A stretch of 61,422 nt of DNA from Chlorobiota bacterium (GTDB lineage: Bacteria; Bacteroidota; Bacteroidia; Bacteroidales; B39-G9), in assembly GCA_013152655.1 (NCBI GenBank), contig JAADFW010000279.1, positions 1-61,422 of the forward strand, in the 5' to 3' direction. Under the pieces are notes generated by a model. The model was not told the origin of the DNA, did no database searches, and worked only from the letters and a program-made list of their open reading frames with translations. The first letter of the stretch is position 1. Every line of letters starts with the position of its first letter. A program made the translations under genes and the position numbers. Below, piece by piece: positions 28,163 through 38,978 of this stretch.

Positions 28163-30361
28163 ATGGCCTTAAAAAAAATGAAATTTAAACTAAAAGCATA
28201 CAAAAATTTACTTTTTCTTTTTATTGTTTTTTTCTCATTTATTAATCTTTATTCACAGACAGAAAAACCTAAAATTACTTTAGAAGATTTATGGAAAAAA
28301 TATACATTTTATCCCTCATCTGTTTATGGTTTGCGGTCAATGAACAATGGGTTATATTATACTACTATTGATAAAGCTTCTGAAATTAATAAGTACAGCT
28401 ATAAAACCGGGAAAAAAGTTTCTACCATATTAAATATTAATGAATTAGATACTGCTGTGATAAAGAGCTTAAATAATTATGAATTCTCTGATAACGAATC
28501 AAAAATTATTTTTTATATCAATCGTGAAAGGATTTACCGAAGGTCATTTACTGCTGATTTTTATGTTTGGGATTTAGAAACAAAAAAATTAATGAAAGTT
28601 TCGGATAGAGGGAGGCAGCAGTTGGCAACCCTTTCGCCCGATGGTTCAAAAGTTGCTTTTGTGAGGAATAATAATATTTATATAAAAAACTTAATATCAG
28701 GCGTAGAAAAAGCCATAACTAAAGATGGAAAATATAACGAAATTATAAATGGAGCACCTGATTGGGTTTATGAAGAAGAATTTAGTTTTGCCAAAGCTTT
28801 TGCCTGGTCGCCTGACGGGGAAAAAATAGCATTTTACAAGTTCGACGAAAGTAAAGTGAAGCAATTTGACATGACTATGTTTTACGATTTATACCCCGAA
28901 AACAGGCAATATAAATACCCTAAAGCAGGCGAAGACAATTCAATAGTAAATATTTTTGTTTATAATTTACTAAATGAGCGTTCTCTTAAAATGAATACAG
29001 GTAAAGAAACCGACCAGTATATACCGAGAATTAAATGGACAAATAATTCAAATATATTATCAATTCAACGATTAAACCGATTGCAAAACAAGTTGGATAT
29101 TTTACTTGCTGATGTAACCAATGGAAAATCGGAAGTTGTATTTACCGATACTAATAAGTATTATGTTGATATAACTGATTTTGTTTCGTTTATTGAAAAC
29201 AACCGGTATTTTATTTATGTAGGTGAAATAGATGGTTATAACCATATTTATTTATATGATTTGGAACAAAAAAAACTAAAGCAAATTACGAAAGGCAAAT
29301 GGGATGTAACGAATTATTTAGGATATGATTCTAAAAACAAATTATTTTATTATACCTCGGCCGAAGAATCACCGTTAAGAAGATCGGTTTATACTATTGA
29401 TTTTAATGGCAATAATAAAAAGAAATTGTCTGAAAAAGACGGAATGAATCGTACTGAATTCAGCAAAGGATTTAAATATTACATTAATTACTATTCAAAT
29501 GCCACCACTCCTGCTTTTATTACTTTGCATAATGCAAAAGGAAAATTAATTAGAATTCTGGAGGATAATAAGCCATTGCTTGATACACTTCAGTTTTATA
29601 ATTATTCAACCAAAGAGTTTTTCAGTTTCACAACAAGTGAAAACGTGCTGTTAAACGGTTATATGATTAAGCCACCTGACTTTGACAAGAACAAAAAATA
29701 TCCTGTTTTTATGACTCAATATAGTGGGCCAAACTCACAGGAAGTACTTGACAATTGGAGCTTTAACTGGGAGAATTATTTAGCCCAGGAAGGCTATATT
29801 GTAGTTTGTGTTGACGGAAGAGGAACCGGTGCAAGAGGTGAAGAATTTCGTAAAATGACTTACCTGCAATTGGGGAAATATGAAACCATTGACCAAATTG
29901 AAGCTGCAAAATATTTGGGAACACTACCTTATGTTGATAAGGATAGAATTGGCATTTTTGGATGGAGCTATGGTGGCTTTATGTCGCTTTTATGCATGAC
30001 AAAAGGAGCAGATTATTTTAAAGCCGGAATAGCGGTTGCTCCGGTAACTAATTGGCGATATTATGATAACATATATACAGAAAGATTTATGCGCACTCCT
30101 CAGGAAAATCCCGATGGATATGATAATAACTCACCTATAAATTTTGTGGATAGTTTAAAAGGAAAATTGTTAATTGTTCATGGTAGTGGCGACGATAATG
30201 TACATTTACAAAACACTATGATGATTGCCGAAAAGTTAATTCAAGCCAATAAACAATTTGACATGATGATTTACCCGAATAAAAATCACAGTATTTACGG
30301 AGGAAATACAAGGTATCATCTTTTCACTAAAATGGTGGATTTTTTAAAAGAGAATTTATAA
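28163..30361 (+). CDS. Dipeptidyl-peptidase IV family serine peptidase (S9B)
   Basis: 732 aa with a signal peptide. N-terminal beta-propeller region and C-terminal alpha/beta hydrolase with GWSYGGF nucleophile elbow, GSGDDNVH and NHSI. Confidence 0.9.
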   Translation: MALKKMKFKLKAYKNLLFLFIVFFSFINLYSQTEKPKITLEDLWKKYTFYPSSVYGLRSMNNGLYYTTIDKASEINKYSYKTGKKVSTILNINELDTAVIKSLNNYEFSDNESKIIFYINRERIYRRSFTADFYVWDLETKKLMKVSDRGRQQLATLSPDGSKVAFVRNNNIYIKNLISGVEKAITKDGKYNEIINGAPDWVYEEEFSFAKAFAWSPDGEKIAFYKFDESKVKQFDMTMFYDLYPENRQYKYPKAGEDNSIVNIFVYNLLNERSLKMNTGKETDQYIPRIKWTNNSNILSIQRLNRLQNKLDILLADVTNGKSEVVFTDTNKYYVDITDFVSFIENNRYFIYVGEIDGYNHIYLYDLEQKKLKQITKGKWDVTNYLGYDSKNKLFYYTSAEESPLRRSVYTIDFNGNNKKKLSEKDGMNRTEFSKGFKYYINYYSNATTPAFITLHNAKGKLIRILEDNKPLLDTLQFYNYSTKEFFSFTTSENVLLNGYMIKPPDFDKNKKYPVFMTQYSGPNSQEVLDNWSFNWENYLAQEGYIVVCVDGRGTGARGEEFRKMTYLQLGKYETIDQIEAAKYLGTLPYVDKDRIGIFGWSYGGFMSLLCMTKGADYFKAGIAVAPVTNWRYYDNIYTERFMRTPQENPDGYDNNSPINFVDSLKGKLLIVHGSGDDNVHLQNTMMIAEKLIQANKQFDMMIYPNKNHSIYGGNTRYHLFTKMVDFLKENL

Positions 30362-30399
30362 TTTAAAGCTGACTTGTAACTTTTATGGTTTGCCAAATC

Positions 30400-32175
30400 T
30401 TATTCGTCTGAAAAATCGATTAATAATTTTCGATAAGCTGAAAATATTTTCGATTTTGAGATGAAACCAACATATTTTTGTTCTTTTAAAACCGGCAAGT
30501 TCCAGGCTCCGGTTTCCTGGAATTTTTTCATCACATTTTCCATCGAATCATTAAGCGAAACATATCCGGGTGCCATAGTCATAACATTCTGAACTTTAAC
30601 GGTTTTGTATAATTCAGGATTAAAAATAATATCACGAATATTATCTAATAATACAACACCTAACAAGTTGCCTTCTTCATTTATAACAGGAAAAATATTT
30701 CTTTTTGATTCTGAAATATTTTTCACCAATTCACCTAAGGTAGATTCGGGGTAAACAGTAATAAAATCTTTTTCAATAACCTTCTTAAGTTCAAGTAAGC
30801 TTAAAACAGCCTTGTCTTTATGGTGTGTAATTAATTCGCCTCTTATTGCAAGGTGTTTTGCGTAAATAGAGTGAGGTTCAAAATACATGCTTGACAAATA
30901 AGCAATAGTTGCGGTAATCATTAAAGGAATAAACAAGGAATAGCCACCGGTTATTTCAGCAATTAAAAAAATAGCAGTTAGTGGTGCTGCCATAACTCCG
31001 GCAATCATGCCTGCCATTCCTACTAAGCCAAAATTACTTTCTGAAATATTAACAAAACTAAATTTATCAATCATGCGAGCAAAAATAAATCCTGCTATTC
31101 CTCCTATGAAAAGAGATGGAGCAAAAATTCCACCTACACCGCCACTTCCGGTAGTCAGAGCCATAGCTACCACTTTTAACATAACAATAGCAATCATAAA
31201 AAAGGCGAAAATCCAAAATTCATTTCCAAATGAATAGAATATACTACCATGCAAAATATTTTCAGGATGGCCACTCAATACATTTCGTAAAGTATCATAA
31301 CCTTCGCCATATAACGGAGGAAGTAAAAATATTAAAGTGCTTAGTAAAATACCTCCTATTGCAGCTTTAGTAACAGGATTCTTTATTTTCTTAAATTTAT
31401 TTTCAATAGCCCCCGTGGTTCTTATAAAATAAACTGAAATTAAACCAGTAATAATACCCAATAAAATATAATAAGGTATGTTATTAACAACAAAGGGTTC
31501 TGTAATTGAAAAGTTAAAAACAACTTGTTTTCCCATTAAAAAATAGGCTACTGTTGTTCCTGTAACAGCTGAAATAAGCAAAGGAACTAATGACCACATG
31601 GTTAAATCGAGCATAAGAACTTCTAAAGCAAACAAAATGGCTGTAATAGGTGCTTTAAAAATACCTGCTAAAGCAGCAGCTGAGCCACAGCCTATGAGCA
31701 AAGTAGTGGTTTTGTAGTTCAGGTGCATCCATCTTCCAATATTTGATCCCAGGGCTGCTCCGGTTAAAATTATAGGAGCCTCTAATCCAACCGACCCACC
31801 TAAGCCAACAGTAAATGTACTGCCAATCATAGACGAATAAGTATTGTGACGCTTTATTTTACTTCTTCTTTTAGAAATAGCATAAAGAATCCGGCTAATA
31901 CCATGGCCAATATTATCTTTTACAAATATTTTTACAAATAAAACAGTTAGCAGAATACCTATAAGCGGATAAATAAGATATTGATAGTTTACAAATCCGG
32001 TATGAAACTCACTTTTTAATAAATGCTGAACATAATGAACAATATTTTTAAGTAAAACTGCTGATAACCCACCTAACACTCCTATTAATACACTTAGAAT
32101 AAGTATAAATTTACGATGGCTTATATTGCGTAATCGCCATACTAGAAACTTTTTTAGTAAAGTTGATTTGCTCAT
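30400..32175 (-). CDS. ClC-family chloride channel/antiporter with C-terminal CBS pair
   Basis: 591 aa. GLGGSVGLEAPI, GIFKAPITA and GSGGVGGIFAPSLFIG motifs, then two CBS-like repeats. Confidence 0.9.
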   Translation of the reverse strand: MSKSTLLKKFLVWRLRNISHRKFILILSVLIGVLGGLSAVLLKNIVHYVQHLLKSEFHTGFVNYQYLIYPLIGILLTVLFVKIFVKDNIGHGISRILYAISKRRSKIKRHNTYSSMIGSTFTVGLGGSVGLEAPIILTGAALGSNIGRWMHLNYKTTTLLIGCGSAAALAGIFKAPITAILFALEVLMLDLTMWSLVPLLISAVTGTTVAYFLMGKQVVFNFSITEPFVVNNIPYYILLGIITGLISVYFIRTTGAIENKFKKIKNPVTKAAIGGILLSTLIFLLPPLYGEGYDTLRNVLSGHPENILHGSIFYSFGNEFWIFAFFMIAIVMLKVVAMALTTGSGGVGGIFAPSLFIGGIAGFIFARMIDKFSFVNISESNFGLVGMAGMIAGVMAAPLTAIFLIAEITGGYSLFIPLMITATIAYLSSMYFEPHSIYAKHLAIRGELITHHKDKAVLSLLELKKVIEKDFITVYPESTLGELVKNISESKRNIFPVINEEGNLLGVVLLDNIRDIIFNPELYKTVKVQNVMTMAPGYVSLNDSMENVMKKFQETGAWNLPVLKEQKYVGFISKSKIFSAYRKLLIDFSDE

Positions 32176-32291
32176 TTCATTTTAAAAATAGGGTACAAAA
32201 GTAATACTTTAGTCAAGTTGATGGTTTAAAATCAGTTTTTTTTTGTAAATTTTAGGCTTAATATTATTAAGTATAGAATTATATTTATTAT

Positions 32292-35003
32292 TTGAGAATG
32301 AACTATAAAGAAGAATATCAAAAATTATTACAACATATAAGTTATCTGGAAGAGGAAAATCATCGTTTGAAAAAAAAACAGGAAATTTTTGACAAAACTC
32401 GAAAAATTGCAAAAATTGGTTCCTGGATGCTTGATATGAAAGGAAAGGACTTTAATGTTTCGAATGAAATATATGATATTTTTGATATTGTTGACAAGCC
32501 TTCTAAATTTGGATTAGAAGAAATTGCAGAGTTTATTCATCCTGATTTTAAAGATTCTACTTTTGAAGCATTTGAAAGTTATAGGAAAAATATCAAAAAT
32601 TTTGATTTTGAATTTAAAATAATATCACAAAAAGGTAAAGAAAAGGTTTTAAGATGTATTGGAGAGTTTGAGTATAATAAATTTGGGGCTCCGGTTTTAT
32701 TGTCAGGATTACTTATTGACATTACCAGTAAAGAATTATATAGTGAAGTTGAGAGCAAATTTAAAATTCTTTTTGAAAATGCACCGGATGGAATTTTCAT
32801 GATTAATATAAAAGGAATAATAACTTTATGTAATAATCAGTTTGCTAATTCTGTTAAGTTAAAAAAGGAAGAAGTTATTGGCCGTCATGCCACCGATTTT
32901 ATAAAAAATAAAAGCATATTTAAATTAAAGTTTAAAGAGCTTGTAGATAACGCGTTTGCCGAGGCTGAATTAATACAAATAGCAGCTGATAATTCAGAGC
33001 AATATGTTTGGAGAAAGTCAATTGCGTTGTATGACAGTAATAATAAATTTACCGGTGCTATTTCTTTTTCGCGCGATATTACAGAGCAGAAAGAAGCGGA
33101 GAATAAATTAAAATTAAGTGAAGAAAAATACCGGTTGTTAATTGATCATGCAGTTGATGGAATTTTTATAGGCGATTACAGTGGAAAGTTTCAAATTGTA
33201 AATGAAAGTGCAGCACAAATTACCGGCTATAGTAAAGAAGAACTATTGACGATGAAAATGGCTGACTTATTTGATAAAAACCAACTAAACGAAAAACCAT
33301 TACGTTTTGATTTAGTTTTGGAAGGGCAGTCGGTTACAATGCAACGAAAAATTGTAAAGAAAGATGGTTCGAAATTAGAAATTGAGATGAAATCGAAAAA
33401 ATTGAAAAATGGACTCTTGCAGGCCATAATGCGTGATATTTCGGTATATAATGAAACATTAAGAAATTTAAGAAACAGCGAAGAGAATTTCAGGCTGCTT
33501 TTTGAAAATTCACCTTTAGGAATATTTACTGCTACAAAAGACGGAACCATTATAAATTTGAATGAATCATTATTAGATGTTCTGGGTTCTCCCTCAATTG
33601 AAGCAACAAAAACCATAAACATATTAACATTTCCACCTCTGGTTGAGAATGGCTTTGCCAATGATTTTTTAAATTGTATAAAAAGCCGTAAAATAATTAA
33701 GAAGGAATATTTATATACTTCAAAATGGGGCAAAACAAATTATTTGTGGGAACATTTAGTGCCTTTAATAGAAAATGATGATGTTAAATTAGTTTATGTA
33801 ATTGTTGAAAACACAACACAGCGTAAAAATATTGAGCTTGAATTAATTAAAGCAAAAGAAAAAGCCGAAGAATCGGATAAGCTAAAATCATCGTTTCTGG
33901 CTAATATGTCGCATGAAATCAGAACACCTATGAATGCCATTGTTGGATTTTCTGATTTAATTAATAATGAAATAATTAGCGGAGATGAACAGAAAAAATA
34001 TACTGAAATAATTAAATATAATTCTAACCAATTACTCCAAATTATTAATGATATACTTGACATATCAAAAATTGAAGTTGGACAGTTAAAAATAGTAAAA
34101 AAAGCATGTAATATTAATGATTTGTTCGATAAACTTTACAATGTTTTTATAGAAGAAACAAAGCATAAAGAGAAATTGAAAATTATAAAAAACAAGACTT
34201 TAAGCAATGAGGAATGTGTGATACAAACTGATGAATTAAGATTATGGCAGGTATTGACCAATTTAATTAATAATGCTATAAAATTTACAGAGAATGGATA
34301 TGTTGAATTTGGATATTATATACAGGACGAAGAGTATAAGCATAATCTGGTTTTTTATGTAAAAGATACTGGAATTGGAATTAGTAAAAAAAATATAAAG
34401 AATATTTTTAATGTTTTTCACAGGGCAGATCAAGCCACAAATAAAATTTATGGTGGTACAGGATTAGGATTATCAATATGTAAAGGAATTACAAAACTAT
34501 TGGGAGGTAAAATTTGGGTTGAATCAAATGTGTCATCAGGTTCGGTTTTTTATTTTACATTACCTTATGAAATTCAAAAAAGAGAAAATAAGATGGAAAA
34601 GAATAATAGTGAAGAAAGAAAATCAAAAGATTTTAACTGGCAAGGCAAAAGTATATTAGTAGTTGAAGATAATATGCCAAATTTTATTTTTATTAAGGAA
34701 CTGCTAAAGCGTACTGAAGCCAAAATTATTCATGCTGAAGCCGGTGACGAAGCTGTTGATATTGCAACAAACAATTATCTTGACATGGTTTTAATGGATA
34801 TAAGGCTGCCGGAAATGGATGGTTATGAAGCAACACGTAAAATTAAATTAATAAAGCCCGATTTGCCTATTATTGCACAAACAGCTTATGCAATGGCAGA
34901 CGACCGCATTAAATGTTTTGAAGCCGGATGTAACGGATATTTTTCTAAGCCAATTAACAGAACTGAATTATTACAAATGATTGATACATATTTTAAAGAA
35001 TAA
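32292..35003 (+). CDS. Hybrid sensor histidine kinase (multiple PAS, HisKA, HATPase, receiver)
   Basis: 903 aa. Several PAS repeats, H-box [19 protein letters not shown] boxes ([25 protein letters not shown]) and a C-terminal receiver (VVEDN...[11 protein letters not shown]...SKP). Confidence 0.9.
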   Translation: MRMNYKEEYQKLLQHISYLEEENHRLKKKQEIFDKTRKIAKIGSWMLDMKGKDFNVSNEIYDIFDIVDKPSKFGLEEIAEFIHPDFKDSTFEAFESYRKNIKNFDFEFKIISQKGKEKVLRCIGEFEYNKFGAPVLLSGLLIDITSKELYSEVESKFKILFENAPDGIFMINIKGIITLCNNQFANSVKLKKEEVIGRHATDFIKNKSIFKLKFKELVDNAFAEAELIQIAADNSEQYVWRKSIALYDSNNKFTGAISFSRDITEQKEAENKLKLSEEKYRLLIDHAVDGIFIGDYSGKFQIVNESAAQITGYSKEELLTMKMADLFDKNQLNEKPLRFDLVLEGQSVTMQRKIVKKDGSKLEIEMKSKKLKNGLLQAIMRDISVYNETLRNLRNSEENFRLLFENSPLGIFTATKDGTIINLNESLLDVLGSPSIEATKTINILTFPPLVENGFANDFLNCIKSRKIIKKEYLYTSKWGKTNYLWEHLVPLIENDDVKLVYVIVENTTQRKNIELELIKAKEKAEESDKLKSSFLANMSHEIRTPMNAIVGFSDLINNEIISGDEQKKYTEIIKYNSNQLLQIINDILDISKIEVGQLKIVKKACNINDLFDKLYNVFIEETKHKEKLKIIKNKTLSNEECVIQTDELRLWQVLTNLINNAIKFTENGYVEFGYYIQDEEYKHNLVFYVKDTGIGISKKNIKNIFNVFHRADQATNKIYGGTGLGLSICKGITKLLGGKIWVESNVSSGSVFYFTLPYEIQKRENKMEKNNSEERKSKDFNWQGKSILVVEDNMPNFIFIKELLKRTEAKIIHAEAGDEAVDIATNNYLDMVLMDIRLPEMDGYEATRKIKLIKPDLPIIAQTAYAMADDRIKCFEAGCNGYFSKPINRTELLQMIDTYFKE

Positions 35004-35017
35004 TAAAGCGTAGCAGT

Positions 35018-37456
35018 TTATTTACATTTAGAACAGTATAGCTTTTTTATAATTGGGTTTTCAAGTACCTGAAACGTTATTTTATTTGATTTCAGCAGAT
35101 TGCAAAAAAACGTTGGGTTTATAATTAAAATTTGTTTAACTGCTATTTCAAACAGTTTTGTATTTAGCATTTTTCGCTCATGGCTGCAAAGTGTTATAAA
35201 AGTAAAAAGTAAATTAACCGATGTATTTGGCAAGCCTATATATTTTGCCAGCAACTCTATAGCATAATCATAATCGGCTGAGGCAGCTAATATTTTTGCA
35301 ATCTCTATTGCTTCGTTTTCATTTGAAATGAAACTTTCTATTTCTTTTAGTTTTTTTATTTTTTCTTTTTGGCTGCCATATTCAATAGTATATTTATTTT
35401 CAATAAGTAACATTCTGAATTTTAATGCAGAAACTAAATTTGTACTAATGTGAAATGTATTAAGCGTGTCAATTTCTTCATATATTTTTTTTATTTGCAC
35501 TAAATTTATTTTTTGCATAAATAAAACAGATGAATAAATCCAATTGTAAAGTATATAAAAATCGTTGCTGTTTTGCTCATGTAAATGTTCAATAAAATGA
35601 AAATCTGATTCATATAACCATTCTTTTGCAATATACTTTTCTAACCAAAGCTGATTCATCCTTATTTTTGCAAATTTTGGCTTATCAGGAATTTTAATAT
35701 CATGTATTCTAATCCCTTTATATTTACCATTAATTATTTCTTTAATAAAATATTTGTGAATTAATTCAGCCTTTTCAACATAATTTTGTTTAATATATTT
35801 GTTTATTTTATTTACAATCAGTTCTTCCTTAGATGTGGTTATTGTATCGTAAAGTATTTCTAATTCAACATGGGCATACCTTTCTTTTTGCAGCAAAGGT
35901 TCCAGCTTGTTCATTAATTTGTTTTTAGAAATATAATTTAGTGCTTCAGATTTTTGCATTCCGGCAATTGTATCAAATTCAGTATTAAAAACATCTAACT
36001 TAAATTGTTCCCAACTATTGCTTGTGTTAATTGTATAATTTAGTGAGTCGGAATAAAGTTTTTGAAAAACTTTAACAATACTTTGAGCTCTGGCATTTTG
36101 CAGAAAAATATTATTTTTTTCAGAACCTTCAATAGATGAAAAGGCAGTAATTTTAATATTTTTTATCTGAAATTTTGGTTCGTGTAAAGCTTGTATAATC
36201 GGTTCGATATCAGATTTTTTATACTCGTATTTGTTTTTTCTGAATGGAATGTTGAATATTAATGATGAAGTTTTTCTAAATAGTTCATTTTCTATATAGT
36301 CAATACTTTCAGTTAGGCTGGTATCTGCCAATAATCCGCTGGAATTGTTTTGCTTTATTTTATTAAACTCATTAAATGAAGGGGTTATGATTTTACAAAT
36401 GTGTTTGTTTTTTATAACATATAAGTTTAATTCTGCAATACTGTCAATTTTCCTATACCCCGACAAGTCTTGTATGTATTTTAAACTTCCTAATTTAACC
36501 TCAATACTTTTACTTTTATCATTTGCCTGGTTTTTTCTGCTAATCTGATTTTTATTTAATCCTTTAATTAAAATTCCTTTGTTAAGCTGGTTATTGTCTA
36601 TTAAATTTTCACTTTCGCATGTATATAACTTTTGTGGAATTATATCTACTGCCAAACGGTCTTTTCCGTTTGTCAATACCTTTTTTAATAATTTATTGTT
36701 AGGCAACGATAAATATATTTCATTGTTTTTAATGTATAATCCGGAGTAAAGAGCATCAATATTTTTTATTTTATTTACCCGTAAACACTCTTTTTCATCA
36801 TAGGGTAAATATCCGTATGCATGACGAATATTATTGCTGAAAAAACTTGCATAATACGGAATATGTGATTCTTCACGTTTTTTAGTTCCATAATTAAACG
36901 ATTTATAGTTTCCTAAAATAACAGTAATAAATAAAGAAGAAAACTGTTTGTTAGCCGAAATGCCAATACCAATAAAAAAATAATTAGGGTTTAATGTAAG
37001 TTGCTTATAATATCTCAGAACAGTCAACCTTTTTACAATTTTATCAGCAATTTTTTCCCAGCTGAATTGCTTTATGTTATAATCAAAGTCAATTTGCAGA
37101 ATCAATTCTTTTGATTGTTTTGACCCTCCATAAAATGTCATCCTGTCTGACGGGTATTTTTTTCTTCCCATTTGAATATCTAACAATTCGTTGTTTTTTG
37201 CCATATATTTAGCCTGGTCTTCAGCCGGTAAGTCTAATATTTCTTTAATACTAAATAGGTCTAGGTTATTATTTTGCCTCTCAATATTAAGTTTTTTAAT
37301 AACTAATTTTTCAAGTAAGTCAAGATTTATTTTAACAGAATCAAATTGATTTGAAAAACCGTTTTTATGTAAACTGTGTTGTACAGAATTATGAGCAAAT
37401 GAAAATTTGACTATTAAAAGGAGAATGAAAAAAGTAGTTTTAAGTTTAAGTGGCAT
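35018..37456 (-). CDS. Large secreted hypothetical protein (possible N-terminal CAP/SCP-like region)
   Basis: 812 aa with a signal peptide. Weak CAP-like segment (LNIERQNNNLDLF...AEDQAKYMAKNN) and weak OmpA-like segment (ITAFSSIEGSEKNNIFLQNARAQSI). Very AT-rich, so the function call is weak. Confidence 0.6.
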   Translation of the reverse strand: MPLKLKTTFFILLLIVKFSFAHNSVQHSLHKNGFSNQFDSVKINLDLLEKLVIKKLNIERQNNNLDLFSIKEILDLPAEDQAKYMAKNNELLDIQMGRKKYPSDRMTFYGGSKQSKELILQIDFDYNIKQFSWEKIADKIVKRLTVLRYYKQLTLNPNYFFIGIGISANKQFSSLFITVILGNYKSFNYGTKKREESHIPYYASFFSNNIRHAYGYLPYDEKECLRVNKIKNIDALYSGLYIKNNEIYLSLPNNKLLKKVLTNGKDRLAVDIIPQKLYTCESENLIDNNQLNKGILIKGLNKNQISRKNQANDKSKSIEVKLGSLKYIQDLSGYRKIDSIAELNLYVIKNKHICKIITPSFNEFNKIKQNNSSGLLADTSLTESIDYIENELFRKTSSLIFNIPFRKNKYEYKKSDIEPIIQALHEPKFQIKNIKITAFSSIEGSEKNNIFLQNARAQSIVKVFQKLYSDSLNYTINTSNSWEQFKLDVFNTEFDTIAGMQKSEALNYISKNKLMNKLEPLLQKERYAHVELEILYDTITTSKEELIVNKINKYIKQNYVEKAELIHKYFIKEIINGKYKGIRIHDIKIPDKPKFAKIRMNQLWLEKYIAKEWLYESDFHFIEHLHEQNSNDFYILYNWIYSSVLFMQKINLVQIKKIYEEIDTLNTFHISTNLVSALKFRMLLIENKYTIEYGSQKEKIKKLKEIESFISNENEAIEIAKILAASADYDYAIELLAKYIGLPNTSVNLLFTFITLCSHERKMLNTKLFEIAVKQILIINPTFFCNLLKSNKITFQVLENPIIKKLYCSKCK

Positions 37457-37635
37457 GCAAAATTAATAAATAGGAATAAACTAAATATGTAAGCATAAAG
37501 ATATTAAAAGTAAAATTTTTTTTATATAAACAAAAGGCAACTTATTAATTTTTTTACTGTCTGTTAAGTATATGAATTAAAATAATTTAACGTTTGATAG
37601 TACAAACTGGCATGTTATTTGAAATATACTACTCT

Positions 37636-37726
37636 GATCAGTCGACTAAGGGTTAATAAATAGTTGTTAAATATCAAATACTCTCACCAATTTCATACGT
37701 AAATTTAGTCGGCTGATCTTTTTTTT
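37636..37726 (+). terminator. Long hairpin followed by T8, terminator-like on the + strand
   Basis: Arms gatcagtcgactaa (37636-37649) and ttagtcggctgatc (37705-37718) match 13/14, with a 55-nt AT-rich loop and then T8 (37719-26). No + strand gene lies upstream. It abuts the stop of the minus-strand gene at 37728. Confidence 0.4.
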
Positions 37727-37727
37727 A

Positions 37728-38831
37728 CTACCAATTAATATTTGTTCCAATAGCCAATTCCATGTAATCTGCTGTTGCCCAATGTGTTTTCAGGGCATAA
37801 AGAATAAAGAAATTCTTAGAAAAACGGTATTTTAAACCCAAACGGTGATAAAATGTGTAATCGTTTTTATAATGCGTTGTAAAATACCAACCGGTTTCAA
37901 GCAAGAAAGAGAATTTGCCAAACAGTAAGTCTTGCGATAAATGATAACCAGGCCTGAATCTGTAACTGTTTTTATAATTGACACCTTCATTAATATAAAC
38001 CGATTTTAGTGATTCATCATAAAAAAGGTCTAATCCAACACCTAATTTTCGTTTATTATTAATGCTGAATGCGTAATTAATAGCTAATGAAGAAGCAAAA
38101 AACATTGTTTTTCCTTTTGAAGGTAATTTTTTTATAGCAGGGGAATAGAAAATCCAAAGTTCGTTTTTTTGTTCAGGCTTTTCTAAAGCCTTTTTTATTC
38201 TTTTTTTGTTTTTATACGATGGAGAATAATTAATGCCAAACTGTCGTGTTATGGTGTTTAATCCTAAATTAGGCATTTTTACAGCACCATTTGAATAATG
38301 TGTTATACCCATTGCAGTTACAAAAGAAAACTGTTTGTAAATACGAATAGAAATATCAACCGAAAAGTCGAAATATATATTCAGGTGTGTACTGTAAGCA
38401 TCGTTTAATACCGGTAAATTTTCGTCATAAATTTTTGTAACCCAGGTTGCACCAAAAGCCGTTTGGTAGCTTAACAAGTAATTGTTTTTAATGTTAATTA
38501 ACGGGATATTCATAAAACCATAACCGGCAATTGCATTTCCCAATATTTCGGGATAGTTAAGCATTGAATAGTATAAGCCAATTCCTGCTTTTGGGTAACG
38601 GTATAATTGCTGCCATGTGCTATTGCCTTTGGTTTGCCATCCTAAATTTATGTCGATAGCAGAAATATTTCCTTTTACCAAACGGTTAATTGCACTGGCA
38701 TGTTTATAAATAAATCCGTTTTGATACCTGGCTTCAAAAAATTTATCATTTTTAATATTTTCAGTGTCTTGAGAAAAGACAAAGTACGCTTTAAAAAAAA
38801 ATAGTGATAATATGTATATTTTTAGATTCAT
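37728..38831 (-). CDS. Outer-membrane beta-barrel protein, PagL-like lipid A deacylase / acyloxyacyl hydrolase family (putative)
   Basis: 367 aa with a signal peptide and alternating beta-strand pattern. The segment GWQTKGNSTWQQLYRYPKAGIGLYY resembles Bacteroidota acyloxyacyl-hydrolase-annotated proteins. Family assignment is from memory only. Confidence 0.55.
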   Translation of the reverse strand: MNLKIYILSLFFFKAYFVFSQDTENIKNDKFFEARYQNGFIYKHASAINRLVKGNISAIDINLGWQTKGNSTWQQLYRYPKAGIGLYYSMLNYPEILGNAIAGYGFMNIPLINIKNNYLLSYQTAFGATWVTKIYDENLPVLNDAYSTHLNIYFDFSVDISIRIYKQFSFVTAMGITHYSNGAVKMPNLGLNTITRQFGINYSPSYKNKKRIKKALEKPEQKNELWIFYSPAIKKLPSKGKTMFFASSLAINYAFSINNKRKLGVGLDLFYDESLKSVYINEGVNYKNSYRFRPGYHLSQDLLFGKFSFLLETGWYFTTHYKNDYTFYHRLGLKYRFSKNFFILYALKTHWATADYMELAIGTNINW

Positions 38832-38978
38832 AAAATTATTACTGGTATTTAAGTCATATGAATATCACTAAATAAAAATATTAATAATAATCTTAATTCA
38901 AGAATACTAAATAAAGATTTGGTTTTTATTTTTAATTTAGCATAAAGAATATTTATAATTTTAAAATTTAAATTAATT

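Noticed and set aside
32176-32291. Possible fluoride (crcB-motif) riboswitch upstream of the ClC gene
   Set aside because: The conserved riboswitch elements are not visible in the spacer. The channel is also a long CBS-containing ClC rather than the short CLC-F type.
32209-32412. 67-aa ORF spanning the ClC / hybrid-kinase divergent promoter region
   Set aside because: It overlaps the start of the kinase gene antisense and has no supporting features.
33227-33733. 168-aa antisense ORF inside the hybrid histidine kinase gene
   Set aside because: It is fully embedded antisense to a well-supported gene. It has low-complexity Ser/Phe/Lys-rich translation typical of AT-rich antisense frames.
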